A stretch of 56,396 nt of DNA, the filler included, from Bipalium vagum (taxonomy: Eukaryota): assembly GCA_037834085.1 (NCBI GenBank). It is 3 parts of 3 records of this genome, joined end to end, with 100 filler letters (N's around TTAATTAATTAA, not from the genome) between each part and the next. Parts side by side here need not be neighbours in the genome. Positions count along the whole stretch, not along the records: positions 1 to 17,767 come from JBBMKC010052403.1; positions 17,868 to 39,252 come from JBBMKC010236140.1; 1 more part is not named here. One strand, given 5' to 3'. The position numbers and the translations under genes are program-made. The notes beneath the pieces were generated by a model that made no database searches, was not told the origin of the DNA, and saw only the letters and a program-made list of their open reading frames with translations. Shown here piece after piece: positions 12,381 through 24,212 of this stretch. Position 1 is the stretch's first letter. Each line of letters starts with the position of its first letter.

Positions 12381-14399
12381 CAGTTTAAGAATATAATTTT
12401 TAATTCAATATAATCCATATTTATACAATATCATTGAATTTATCGAAAGTAAAGATAAATTATTATATGTATTATTATTATGAATAATATAATAATTACT
12501 TTGATACTATTTCAACCAATCTTCTATTTTTAATAAATGATTAAAGGGTTGTGTTCATTTTGAATATTATTAAAATTTTGCATCATAATTTGTTCATTAA
12601 AACTCTAAAAGAGATCTTTTATGAAAAACGAATTTGTTTAATTGAACCTAAAGTAAACTAATACAAAAGAAAATTTTCTTTTCTAGACCACAAGCAATTA
12701 TTTGAATTTTCCAAATGTTTCAAATTCCAGTTTTCTATTTTGATGGAAAATTTAGATGATACTACTCTCTCTATATAATTGCCTTAATTGTATACAAATG
12801 TGTATAACGGTTTTATTTTCGTTTTTCATTTTTCGGTTGTATAAATGCATCTATTTAATGTACATTGTTTTATTCATCTTTTTTCATTATCGAAGATTTA
12901 TCATTTTGCTTTGGATCAGACAATTTATTTGAAAAAAAAATTTGTATTTTTTGAAAATTTTTGTATTATCAAAATATAATAAATATTGATATTTTGGAAT
13001 TTGGACTTGTAACTGTTTTTTCTATGAACGAATTCCTAAAATTATTTTATATATGATTATTATTATCATTATTTGTCATCATATTAAATATGCTGACGCA
13101 ATTTAATTGAGATTCATTCAACAAATTTTATCAATAATGATATAAAGGATGTGTTATGATTATTGACCCTTATTGAGAATATTGCCAAATTTGGAATTGT
13201 GTCAAAGTTTAATGTGCAAATAATGGTACAAAGGAAATTATTTTAGTAAACATAGAAAATTAGGAATAAGTTTAAAATTTTTAAAAATTTTATATATTAC
13301 ATTTTAAAATGGTTTTCTTTATTATGTTAAGTTTTCCTTCCTAGCAAGATCATTTTTCCATTTTTAAGTTCCAGGAGACTGAGATGATTTTTATGAGACT
13401 GCAATATTTCTGGAGTCACAATGACAGAATTGGGTTGATTAGTAGTAATTTTATTATGTTAAAGAGTTTTTTTCAATTTGCATTTTGTATGTTAAAACTA
13501 AAACTTTCTGGACACCAGTGTTGTTACTTTTCGAGAATTGTTGTTTGCTTTATGAGCATCATAAATAATAAGTAGAAGGACATTAAAGTGTTTTAAGAAT
13601 GAGAAATCGGAACTAATTACGCTAAAATATGTTACATTATTTATAGATTATTTCAACTACTTTTATCGATCTACTGTAGGTCAATTTTTAAAAAATAATA
13701 TGTAGTTATTTGTTGCGTACTTCGTAAATTTTTCTTTAATGTCAAAAAACCCTGTAATTCTGTTACACATCCCATGTATTTATGATATCTTTTCCAGTGA
13801 TTTTAATCAAAGGTTAATTGAAAAACTAAACATACACTCAATTCAAAATCTTTTATAACTTTCAAGGATTTTTTCAATATGAATTACAATATTTTATCAG
13901 TGGAAAATAATCAATTTAGTAATCATATGTCAATGAGATAGAGATTTCATTGAGTTAGTTAGTTCTTTAATTTTTCTGTACTGTAGGTAATTATTTTGAA
14001 CATGTCACTTTTGGGTGTCAGTGGTATTGTTAATTTTATAATCATTAAAATATCTATTAACTATATTATAAAAGCTTTATCGTTTTGTTCAACAATGATT
14101 TTTCGATTTAATTAAAAATATAATATTTTTCAAAGTAAAGCGTATCAAGTTATTTAATTTCGTAAGTAATTTAAAATAATAGATAAACTTCATCAAAACG
14201 AAGACAATGTTTAAAATATTTCCCAATATTTAATCCAAATTTTATGTTCAATTAGTTAAAGCTTATGATTTCTGTTGTCTTTAACGTCCATAAAGTCATT
14301 TTCCTGACTCCAAATTACAAAATAGTGGCCCGTTCGAATAAATAATATCGTAATAGAAATCAATTTATTCACAACAAAAATTCAATTCAAATTTTTCGT

Positions 14400-15120
14400 T
14401 GTCATCGTCTCTGTCATTTTGCTTCTCCTCGTTTATTTTTGGTTCACTTTGATTCTGGTTCTCGGCTTTGTTTTCTGAAAAATCTGGTAGTGGTTTATAT
14501 ACTCCTTCATTAGTCAATCACAATATAGATATCTTCCCTCTTCTCAGTTATCAATTATCCAGCTCAACCCAACCTTAGTCGCCTGAGCTGAATTACTGAA
14601 TCTGTAGCTGTCCTCAAGGCCATATCTGATCTATTTGGAAATATTGTCATCCTAATTTCTGGACAGCTTGACAAGGTTGTCTCGGATTCTCCATAATCTA
14701 CCACAACGAACTGCCCATCATGACACAAGCTCTGAATCATTATCTGGATTTAAATTTCAATTTTTTCCTGAATCCAGTTTTTGAAAGAGTTAATAATACA
14801 ATAATAGCAATTCCTGTTCACTGAAAATGATAAGGAGAAAATTTGAGGGAATCATGCCATTAATTTATCATATTTTCCTCTCAATCAAAAATTACCACTT
14901 ACAAATTCTACACTCAAGTGAACCATAAGTCCTTGCCCATCAAACTCTTCCACCAAACTGACAACCAAACAACACTTATCCTTGATAGATAAACATTCAG
15001 GTCTAAGCTGCATCAAATCTGATATGACCCTATTTCAGACGCCCTTTATCGAGTTTGCCACCCGTGAAATATGATTCTTTAATCTTCTGGCGTCTTTCGC
15101 TGAACGAAAACTCAACATCT
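14400..15120 (-). pseudogene. Degenerate intronless ORF of unknown family (copy A)
   Basis: One frame of ~185 codons from the ATG near 15118, with a few internal stops (MLSFRSAKD..EEFDGQGLMVHLS..LRGKY..HDGQFVVVDY..EIRMTIFP), then an acidic tail in a shifted frame. GC is higher than the flanks. Confidence 0.45.
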
Positions 15121-15789
15121 TATGATTGAAGGAAGTATATCTTAATTTAATATTATAATTTAATATTAATAATCTTAGATTCTTGAAAAAATATGAGGTA
15201 AAATTACTTTTCTAATATCTAATATCTTGAATTAAAACTGACTCAAATTCTATTAGGCGGTACAAATTACAAAATTCGCAATTTTTAACATTTTGGAAAC
15301 CGGGACATATTTTTTAATTATTTACAAACAAAAAATAATTAAAATTTTTATTATACAAACAAAACCTTGGGCGTAGAAAATGTGCTACTTAAATTTTATA
15401 AAATTAAAATGTGATCATTAAACAAATTCAATATCAAGCTTTTAGAATTCAGAAAACCCCTGAACTTATTTGGACATTCTAATACTACATGCTTTAATTT
15501 ACAAAAGGTCTTTAAAAATTTCATATAGCTTTAACATTTTACAAAATAAAATAAAGTATCAAATGAAAACATAATAAGTCCGATTCATTTATTTGAACAT
15601 TTTTTTATTTATTATCTTTTATTTGTGAGATATTTTCAGTTTATTTCTTGGTCTTTCTGTTTTAGCCTTTAAACTAAACAGATCGGCATTAAATGAGAAT
15701 ATGTTTTTACCTATAAAAGGAAATCAAATATTTTAATATTTTTCATTGATTATTGATTTTGCAATGTGTCAATTTTTCATTTTTTAATT

Positions 15790-16470
15790 TCATGAATTTT
15801 TAAATTTACCATTTTCTATTACCTTGTTCTGTAATTTTTTTTAATATTCTATTAAATCTTTCTATTTCAACTGTTTTTCCTTCATTCTCTGTTGAGTAAA
15901 TTTCTATCTCATTTTCATCGCAAAATTTCTCAAATGTTTTATTGTAAAATTCTGTTCCTTTATCAACCCAAAGTTTATGAGGTAATATTTGATAAGTTTC
16001 AAATATTTTTTCAAAACCATTTTTAACAGATTTCTCTGTTTTATCTTTTAAAGGAACAGCAAAAGCATATCTTGTAAATAAATCTGTTACAGTTAAAATA
16101 ATCTTGTAATCTCTTTCTCCTGGAATAAATGTTGAATCTGCTTACCAGATATCATTTTTATAATTTAATTTTACTTTAAAAAATTTTTTTGGTTTTCTAA
16201 ATTCTTTCTGAAGTTCATTTGCTAATTTTTTACTTTTTCAGGTTCTAAAATACGCGTAGCTTTGCCAGAGGCATCTTTTGATTTTTTAATTAATTTTTCA
16301 GTTGCAATTGATTTTGTTGCTCTTTCTAATCCTAATCCTAAAGCTACTTTCCTTTTCATAATTGATTTTACAATCATTCTTTCTAATTTTTCTCTAGATG
16401 TTCATATAATATTTTTTCCTAATTTTCGATTAAATAATTCTTTCATTGATTTATAACCTTTTTACATATA
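15790..16470 (-). mobile_element. Maverick/Polinton retroviral-like integrase pseudogene, preceded by a PLA2-like domain tail
   Basis: LANELQKEFRK..NDIW*AD..YKIILTVTDLFTRYAFAVPLKDK..PHKLWVDKGTEFYN..IYSTENEGKTVEIERFNR fits the c-integrase DDE consensus. Upstream IVKSIMKGKVALGLG resembles the end of the Maverick PLA2-like domain. Confidence 0.9.
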
Positions 16471-16479
16471 TTGTTTTTA

Positions 16480-16950
16480 TCATAACATTTTGGACTACCA
16501 TGAAAATCCATTAAATTCATAAACAAATGTGTTTCAGATTTTTCATCAAAATAATAACCATCTAATTTATATTTACTAATACTTTTTTCTTCTTCTCTTT
16601 TTACATGTTAAATTTGTATGTTATTAAGTTTAGATAAATATCCTAACCAATGAATATAAGAATAATAATAATTTATAAGAATAAACATCATCAAAATCAT
16701 TTAATCTCGGAATACCAAGTTCTTCATTATTTATCAGAGACATAAATATTTAGTACGAACTTGTGCAATTGTTATATATTGAAAAGGATCAAGTTGTTTT
16801 ATATTTAAAAATAAATCTCTATATATTAATCAACCTTCTGTTAAAATCATAACATCAGTTAAACAATAATAAAACATTTCTATTTGAAAATTAAACTCTT
16901 CATTATTTCTTATTTTTTCATCATGCCATTCTTTTAATATTATGAATATT
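16480..16950 (-). mobile_element. Maverick/Polinton protein-primed DNA polymerase B fragment
   Basis: KEWHDEK..FNFQIEMFYYCLTDVMILTEG*..DPFQYITIA and HWLGYL..IQI*HVK..KYKLDGY..VYEFNG/FHGSPKCY match pPolB motifs (YCxSDVxIL, DPFxxxTIA, VYEFxGCFxHGCPxC). Confidence 0.85.
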
Positions 16951-16954
16951 TTAC

Positions 16955-17735
16955 TTGGACGTAGTAACGTGTGCTCGTGTGCTCATAATTCCTCACTTTT
17001 ATAAAATTTTGTGTTCGTTCCCTCTCAAATCTTATCTGAATCAAAACACCCCCAATAATACTGTATCTGCAGCTTATGAACTGAATCAAAACGTCCTAAA
17101 TAAAACTTTATTGACAAAAATACAATCCCAAGATATTGATCAACCATAAAAAGTATCTAATAAGTCCAACAACAACAACAAATAAATAATGATAAAATAA
17201 AGACGCTACCAATTAAATGAAAGAGATGAGAGAGAGAGAGAAAAAGAATCACAAAGAAAAAGTCTCACAGGAATCATCACACAAAAAAATATATACAGTC
17301 TGACCAAGAGCAATAAGGGGTGCCCAGGTCGCCGTCTAGGCCCTTCTCAGGTCGTCTAGGCATTCCCAAGCTCGATGAGTCCCCTTGTGAAATCCATCTG
17401 CGTTGTCATATTCAGGGAAAAATACCTAATATCCTTGCGTCGGCTCGTAGTCATAGAATCGAATTGTATCCCTTCTCGCAGATTGTGTCGTGGAATCGAA
17501 TTGTATCTCGCTCACAGATTGTCTAAAAAATTGTGAGCAACTGATGAGAATAACCATCTTTTTTATAGTCTCAGGGATTGGACTACGATCACCAATCCCT
17601 CGCTTCGAGACGGCTATTTCGATCAACAGCCTCTGATTGCTATCTCTGTCTTCACGATAAGACAAAAGGAATTATCAACTCCCACGACGGAGTATAATTC
17701 TTTCTTTTCAACCTCGACCCCGAGATTGATCCTTA
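16955..17735. mobile_element. Unclassified GC-richer non-coding repeat, possibly an LTR
   Basis: Abruptly truncates the Maverick relic. Contains 37-bp-period direct repeats (17456, 17493), a CAGGTCG..TCTAGG duplication, hairpins, and a minus-strand TATAAAA near 17561-17567. No convincing ORF. Confidence 0.35.
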
Positions 17736-17767
17736 TCTTATTATTATTATTATTATTATTATTATTA

Positions 17768-17867
17768 NNNNNNNNNNNNNNNNNNNNNNNNNNNNNNNNN
17801 NNNNNNNNNNNTTAATTAATTAANNNNNNNNNNNNNNNNNNNNNNNNNNNNNNNNNNNNNNNNNNNN
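17768..17867. other. Artificial assembly linker (44 N + TTAATTAATTAA + 44 N)
   Basis: Exactly 100 bp. The central 12-mer puts stops in all six frames, and the same structure recurs at 39253-39352. Confidence 0.95.
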
Positions 17868-18480
17868 ATTATTGCTACAAAACAAATCAGATTTATCTCT
17901 TGAAGATGAGGAACGAATTTGCCGTCCTTCATATTTTCTGACAATGATTTAAATGTTTTAAAGGATTTAAAGAGGATAAGGAACAACAATAATAAGTGTA
18001 GATTTCATTATTAGAATTGTTTCAGATTCCAAATTGAAAAAAATAATATTCAAATTGCATTGCAATTAATAATTTTAAATATTCTTGTACAGTATTACCA
18101 TTAGAATTATTACACAAAATATTACATATTACAATATATTACATAAAACCAAATTTAATTTTCACACCCACCTGACCTTATCAAATGTTATATATTATGC
18201 AATGTTATATTATAGTATTTTATATGTTTATATATTAAAAATGTATTATAGTTGACTTCAAGTTTTCAAATAAGAAAAATGGAATTTCTGTGAGTAAAAA
18301 ATAAAGGGGTTTGAATTTATATGATTTTAATTAATTTGATAAAATTATTTTTTAATACATAATTATATATTCTTAAATGTAATATTAAATTCAAAATTAA
18401 TTTAATAAATTTAATAAATAGTTTGACCTTGATTCTTTCAATTTGTTTAAACCATTACTTTTTCCTTACAAATTAAAAGC

Positions 18481-21358
18481 ATGGCCGTTAATGATGGTTA
18501 GATTCTTCTTTATTTTGCTTAATAATTCAAATTTAAATTAAGATGTGAGCGATGAAGACTGGGGAGCTTGGGGTACAAAAAATAATTCTTAATTCCTTAT
18601 ATAAATTTTCTTTTTTTTACAGGAAAGTCTGAGGCTGACAATACTAGAACTTCTTTTCAGTCTCAGAGTATTTATTCTTTATTAGTTTTCTCTTCTCATT
18701 TTTAGTGTAGACAGTAAAAATGAAAACACATATTGTGATCCAGATACAAATTACACCACTGAATCTTTAAACCGCGATTTAGATTCAGAGAGTACAATTA
18801 AAAAACAGAACAAAAATAGTTATCGCAGTTCTAATACTGACAATTGTTCTTCAAATACTAGTGATTACAATCGTAGAACAAATAACGAACAAACTACAGA
18901 TCACAGATACAGAGGTGGCAATTCTCGAAATGATTCTCGTAGAGATAATTTACCAATGGAAAGAAGTGATTACCGAAGAACACCGAGAAATGACAAAGAT
19001 TTCCAGGAAAATGAAAGTTATGGATCTGAGCGACATAATGTTAGAAACTGTAACAATGAATTTAGTGAAAGAAATTCTAGCTATCGAAATTATAATAGAA
19101 AAGAAAATCTCAATTGTGACGATCGGAATATCAGTGGATACAGAAACGTTGTGAGGCAGGGTACTTCCCCGAGAGGTCATATCGATGATCGACATAGGAC
19201 AAACGAAAAATTTACTTCTCTTAACCGTAGTGGTTCTCGCAATGAAAAATATTCGTCAAACTTATGTAGCTATGATCAACGACAGGTTGAAAGAGATGAG
19301 TCTCCATTTACACAAAGAAATAATTTTTCCTATCGAGAACATTCTCCATTTGGTCATCAAACCGAGCAATGCGATAGGGGATATGATAATCGCAGGTCGT
19401 ATAATCAAATTCGAGACTCCTCTCCATGTAATCGAAAACACAACAATTATCAGACCGATCATTATGAATCTTATAGATCTAACGTGAGATATGATCGTAA
19501 TAATCATGGTGGTCGAAGAACTCATTTAGACGGTAATGGTCCTTATAGAGAATATCAGGGAGAAGAAAGATATAATCGATCAGTTAATCGAGATCCAAGA
19601 GAAAATTTTGGCAATTCCAGATTTCCAGAAAATAATCGATCTGGTCGAAGTCAAATAGATTCAAATCGATATAATGAATTTGGTGAAGACATAACGAATG
19701 ATTTTCAGAGAACAATGAGGTTTCATGATGACGAGAATGACCATGATGATGAAGATGGAAAATTTCCTTCTCGAACGTTTAGCCGGGGTCAGAAATTCAG
19801 TCAAATCGATGACTTATCTACTAACACCAACGACGATACAGTTCCTGCTCCTAAACGTGCCACATATGTTCCTAATGATGATGAAGAGGATTATGAACTC
19901 CATGTAAATTCGGGTATCAATTTCGACAATTATGACAAAATTCCAGTCGAATTGAATGGAGATGACGCTCCAGAATCAATCGATAATTTTAAGGATTTAA
20001 ATTTATCAAACTTTCTCATTGCCAATTTGCGAAGTCTGCATTACCGGAAACTGACACCGGTTCAAAAGTCTGCTATCCCGATAATCTTTGCTAATCGTGA
20101 TCTTATGGCCTGCGCTCAGACGGGTTCCGGTAAAACGGCAGCATTCTTGATCCCAATTATTCAAAATTTGCACTCAAATCCCATGCAGTCATTGACTAAC
20201 AGTCGAGTTGTGTTTCCTCGAGCTTTGATTCTTGCACCTACTCGCGAATTGTGTCGGCAAATCTTTACAGTGGCCCGTAATCTATGTCGCGGTTCCAAAG
20301 TCATAGCAACGTACGTTTATGGTGGCATTCAGATGAACAAATCACGTAGCAACATTCAATCAGCGGGTGGTGCCGACATCGTTGTGGCAACGACTGGTCG
20401 ACTGATGCATTTTTTGGAGTTGGAATGGATCTCGCTGCGTCATTTGAAATATTTCGTTTTGGACGAAGCTGATCGAATGTTGGACTCGGATGGTTTTTAT
20501 GAAAGTGTCAATAAAATTTACGATGATGTTAAGCGCAGTGGTGACGATGATGATCGATCAATTCAGATCTCTATGTTCAGCGCAACATTTCCAAATGAAG
20601 TTCAATCATTGGCTGGTCATTTGCTCAACAATTATCTGTTCTTGGCCGTCGGTGTCGTTGGATCGGCCAATAGTGATGTGAAACAGGAAATAATACAATC
20701 TGATAATCGAGACAAACTCAACGCGGCAATCGATTACATCAAAAACATTCCAAGTGAGAAAACATTGATTTTCGTCGATACGAAAAGAATGGCAGACTTT
20801 TTCGGCATCAAACTCGGTTATATGGGTTTTAAAACGACAACGATACACGGTGATCGAGAACAGGAGCAGCGAGAAACGGCACTAAACGATTTTAAAAGTG
20901 GACGGGTCAATATTATGGTCGCGACAAATGTTGCTGCTCGAGGATTGGATATTCCAAAAGTTGATAATGTTATCAATATTGATTTGCCAAGCGATATCGA
21001 CACGTACATCCATCGGATCGGGAGAACTGGTCGGTGTGGCAATGTGGGACGGGCGATCAGTTTTTTTGATGAGGTCAAAGATGCAGCTTTGGCTCCAGGA
21101 CTCATTGCCAAGTTACAAGAAGCTAATCAAGAATGTCCAGATTGGTTAAGGAGTCTTTGTTCTGGATCAAAAAATGGTGCCAACAGCGTTTACCAACAGT
21201 TCTCGAGAGACACGAGGAAGAATGTCAAAGTCAATCGCTTTGTTGATAATAACAATCGTCAAAGAAGAGGAGGTACTGGTGATGGTGACGATTTCATGAG
21301 AGGAACCAATGTCGATTACGATGAGGGTACTCACACGTCAGAATGGATTGAAGATTGA
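18481..21358 (+). CDS. vasa: Vasa/DDX4 DEAD-box RNA helicase, ~912 aa, 4 exons
   Basis: Exons 18481-18496, 18543-18572, 18623-18667 and 18711-21358, with phase-1 GT-AG introns of 46, 50 and 43 nt. N-terminus MAVNDDVSDEDWGAW (acidic-Trp). Helicase motifs: SGINFDNYD, TPVQK, AQTGSGKT, PTREL, DEAD, SAT, HGDREQ, ARGLD, HRIGRTGRCGN. Acidic-Trp C-terminus SEWIED. Confidence 0.93.
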
Positions 21359-22829
21359 TCGATTGATTAACTATATTTGTATTTGTAACGACTTTTGTGA
21401 AGGACTATGTATTATCTTTTGTAAATTTCGGACTTTTCAATTGATTCTTCTCACAGTACTGATCTATTGTTTATATTGTACCGGGTTTTATTAAATGAGA
21501 ATTAAAATTTGATAAATATATAATATTCATCTTTGAAAGTTATTATTATCACCTTGTAATAATTTTTAATTTGAAAGGGTTAGCAAATTAAATTATTTTT
21601 TTACATTTCTTAATTTGGAATCATTTCCGGATTAAGGCAGTTTTTCTCTGCCAGTAAAGGTGGATAAATATTTAAGCTGAGAGCTTCTAAGAGAATTTTG
21701 TAAAATTCCATTATTGTAGTTTACAGTTGAAATTTTATCAGTTATTATACAATTGATTTCGTTATATCAAATATTTTTAAAAACCGGGTTTCTTATATTC
21801 GAAGTTGGATTGACATGCTAGTTCTTGCAAGCATTAATTAGCGTTATTATCCGTTTAAGAAAGATCATATTTGATTCATCTTTGTAAATGCTTATGTAAT
21901 ATAGGTTTTCAAAACGTTTTTGAATTTAAATTATTGAGTAATTATATTTTCCATTGATTACTTGACAATAATTTTTAAGGGTTAATTTGAATTTTAAAAT
22001 ATCAATGTTTCTATGTCGACAATAAATTGTACTTTTGAAATTTATTGATTTTAATTTCAGTCGATTTTTAAAATTTACAAATTTTATTGTTATTATAAAG
22101 ATAGCAATTATTTTATAATATTGTTCCGGTTCTTGTTTGGTGTCTTATTTTTCATTTTCATAATTTGCTAACTTCAAAATTCTTATTTTTTTCCGAGTTG
22201 TAGGTTGAAAGGACTCCATTTATTTTATATTTCTCAATTTGAGGAAGGCAGTTGGCTTAGACAGGATCAGATTTAATAATAATTATTGAGTAAGATGGAC
22301 AAAATTTCGATTGTTTTTCACTTTAAAACATTGTTCCAAGAAAATAATAAAAATAGATTTTCAAGATCTCAATTTTTAATATTAATTCTGATACTGAAAC
22401 CAGTTCAACTTGTAATATAATGCAAAATCACTTCACTTCAACTTGAGTTCTCCTTTTCAAGCTAAACCTCAACGATAATATAACTTTACTGTTGGTAAAA
22501 TGATTCCAATTAATAAAACTATAGTTAATACAATAATGAAATGGTCAATAATAGAAAACCGAAACTCAAATCAAATGGGATAAAGTTAAATGACTAATAA
22601 TAAAATAATACATTGAAAATCGAATCAAACATGATAATATATTAATAATAAATTGGACAACAACATTAAATATAAAATAAGATAGGAAAACGGAAAATTT
22701 TCACACAATAATGATCATATTCCCGGTTTAACCACAAACACCTTATCAGGTCATTTTTGATTGATCGGACGTACTGAAAAACAAAAGATAACATACGGTT
22801 TTGGAAATTAACCATGATTCACCAAATAA

Positions 22830-24012
22830 ATGCTTTTGTCACTTTCGCCCAGCGATAAATTCTTCTCAACCCTGGGAGGCTCGTACATATGAAAAGCCAA
22901 TCACAATTTTCTTAGAGAAGAGAACTCATTTGCTCATATGATCGGATTGAGCATCAAAGAGTTGCAACTGCCCTGACAGCAATTCTTCGAAGCTTTCAGC
23001 TCTAATTATAAAGATTTTCCTTAGATCTGCTCGGGCATCAAAGAAAATGAATTTCTCCATTGGGCCCATTTGAGTCTTTAGACAATTTTCTTCTTTTTAT
23101 TAATATTATTATTATCAATATTATCATTTCTAATGATATAAAATTTGACTCAGTTGGACTATTTGGGCCTTTACAATATCCACAACTCTGCAAGATCGAC
23201 AAGGACCCGAGTATAATCCTTGGAATATATCATCTGTGAAATTTTCACTAATGATTTTACCTAAAACTCATTTTCTGAAACCAGCATTTACTGCTATCGC
23301 CGGCCAATCAGGTTACGAGCTCTCAAAAGTGAGAAATTACCCAATCAGGATAATAAATAATCATTAAATCTGAAAGTCCTAATCAGAGATAAAAACAGAA
23401 AAGATTTCCATAAGCCTTTACCGGGGTAAAATGAGATAATTTTGACAGATTTCTTAGGGCATGACCATTCCCTGTGGACTCTGAGCGAAAATAATTACTT
23501 TAAAAATCAACGTCGGGGTAAATATTTCCAAAACTCCAACATGATATATTAATCATAATCCAAGCATCTAATGCTGCCATTCTATTCAAATTGTAGCTCA
23601 GCGCTCTGAGCAGTCTATGCGCATGTGAAAGGTCTCATTAATTATCAAGATCTTCTCGACCAGACCAAGAAAGCTCTGCCAGGTTGAACTGTTTTGTTAG
23701 ACACGTTCGCAGTCGACTGCCTTGGATCATGGCTAAAACGAAATGAAGAAATTTTGAGAAGTCTCCAATTTCCTCAATGTCAAATAACCAAAATCGGAAA
23801 ATTATGTGTCGTATAATATCAAATGGAGTGTTGCGCAATGGAAATTTCACAGAGATTTTGGAAAACAATCAGTAAATTTCTCCGAGCTCCACGAAATTGA
23901 AGATGAAAATCTCAATGACGATCAAAATCAATGCCCGTCTGATGATGCTGCTGAAGATCTTGACGATTGCGATGACGACTTGGTCCAAAATGAAAATCAT
24001 AGAAATCCATAA
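22830..24012 (+). pseudogene. Degenerate intronless ORF of unknown family (copy B) with acidic C-terminal tail
   Basis: Stop-interrupted coding-like frames (TDFLGHDHSLWTLSE..RRGKY..NC..LPG*TVLLD..EILRSLQFP), ending in NFSELHEIEDENLNDD..DDCDDD. GC is higher than the flanks. Confidence 0.4.
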
Positions 24013-24120
24013 TAGGGATACATTTATGTGCAAACGATTAAGTTCGTGGAACTTGTATTTTAAATAAAATTTTGTACGTTCGAATCTCTGTATCTCCGAA
24101 TTATTTTCAACTAACAAAAA

Positions 24121-24149
24121 TTATTATTATTATTTTATAATTATCTTCA

Positions 24150-24209
<60 letters not shown>
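24121..24209. repeat. (ATT)n microsatellite
   Basis: Long ATT run, pure from about 24153 to 24209. Confidence 0.95.

Positions 24210-24212
<3 letters not shown>

Noticed and set aside
14560-15120. TGA-rich stops suggesting a TGA=Trp genetic code (mitochondrial or Mollicute origin)
   Set aside because: TAA/TAG stops and TGG codons also occur in these ORFs, and a nearby mariner shows the same TGG-to-TGA decay.
17456-17524. 37-bp-period repeats (here and at 223-310) as a CRISPR array
   Set aside because: Only two copies, no unique spacers, no cas genes, and a eukaryotic context.
17365-17560. Hammerhead-ribozyme-like words CTCGATGAGTCCCC..GTGAAA and CTGATGAG
   Set aside because: The first core is non-canonical and neither has convincing stems II/III with a GAAA partner.
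18861-21494. Numerous short alternative-frame and antisense ORFs over vasa
   Set aside because: Shadows of the vasa codon structure; no motifs.
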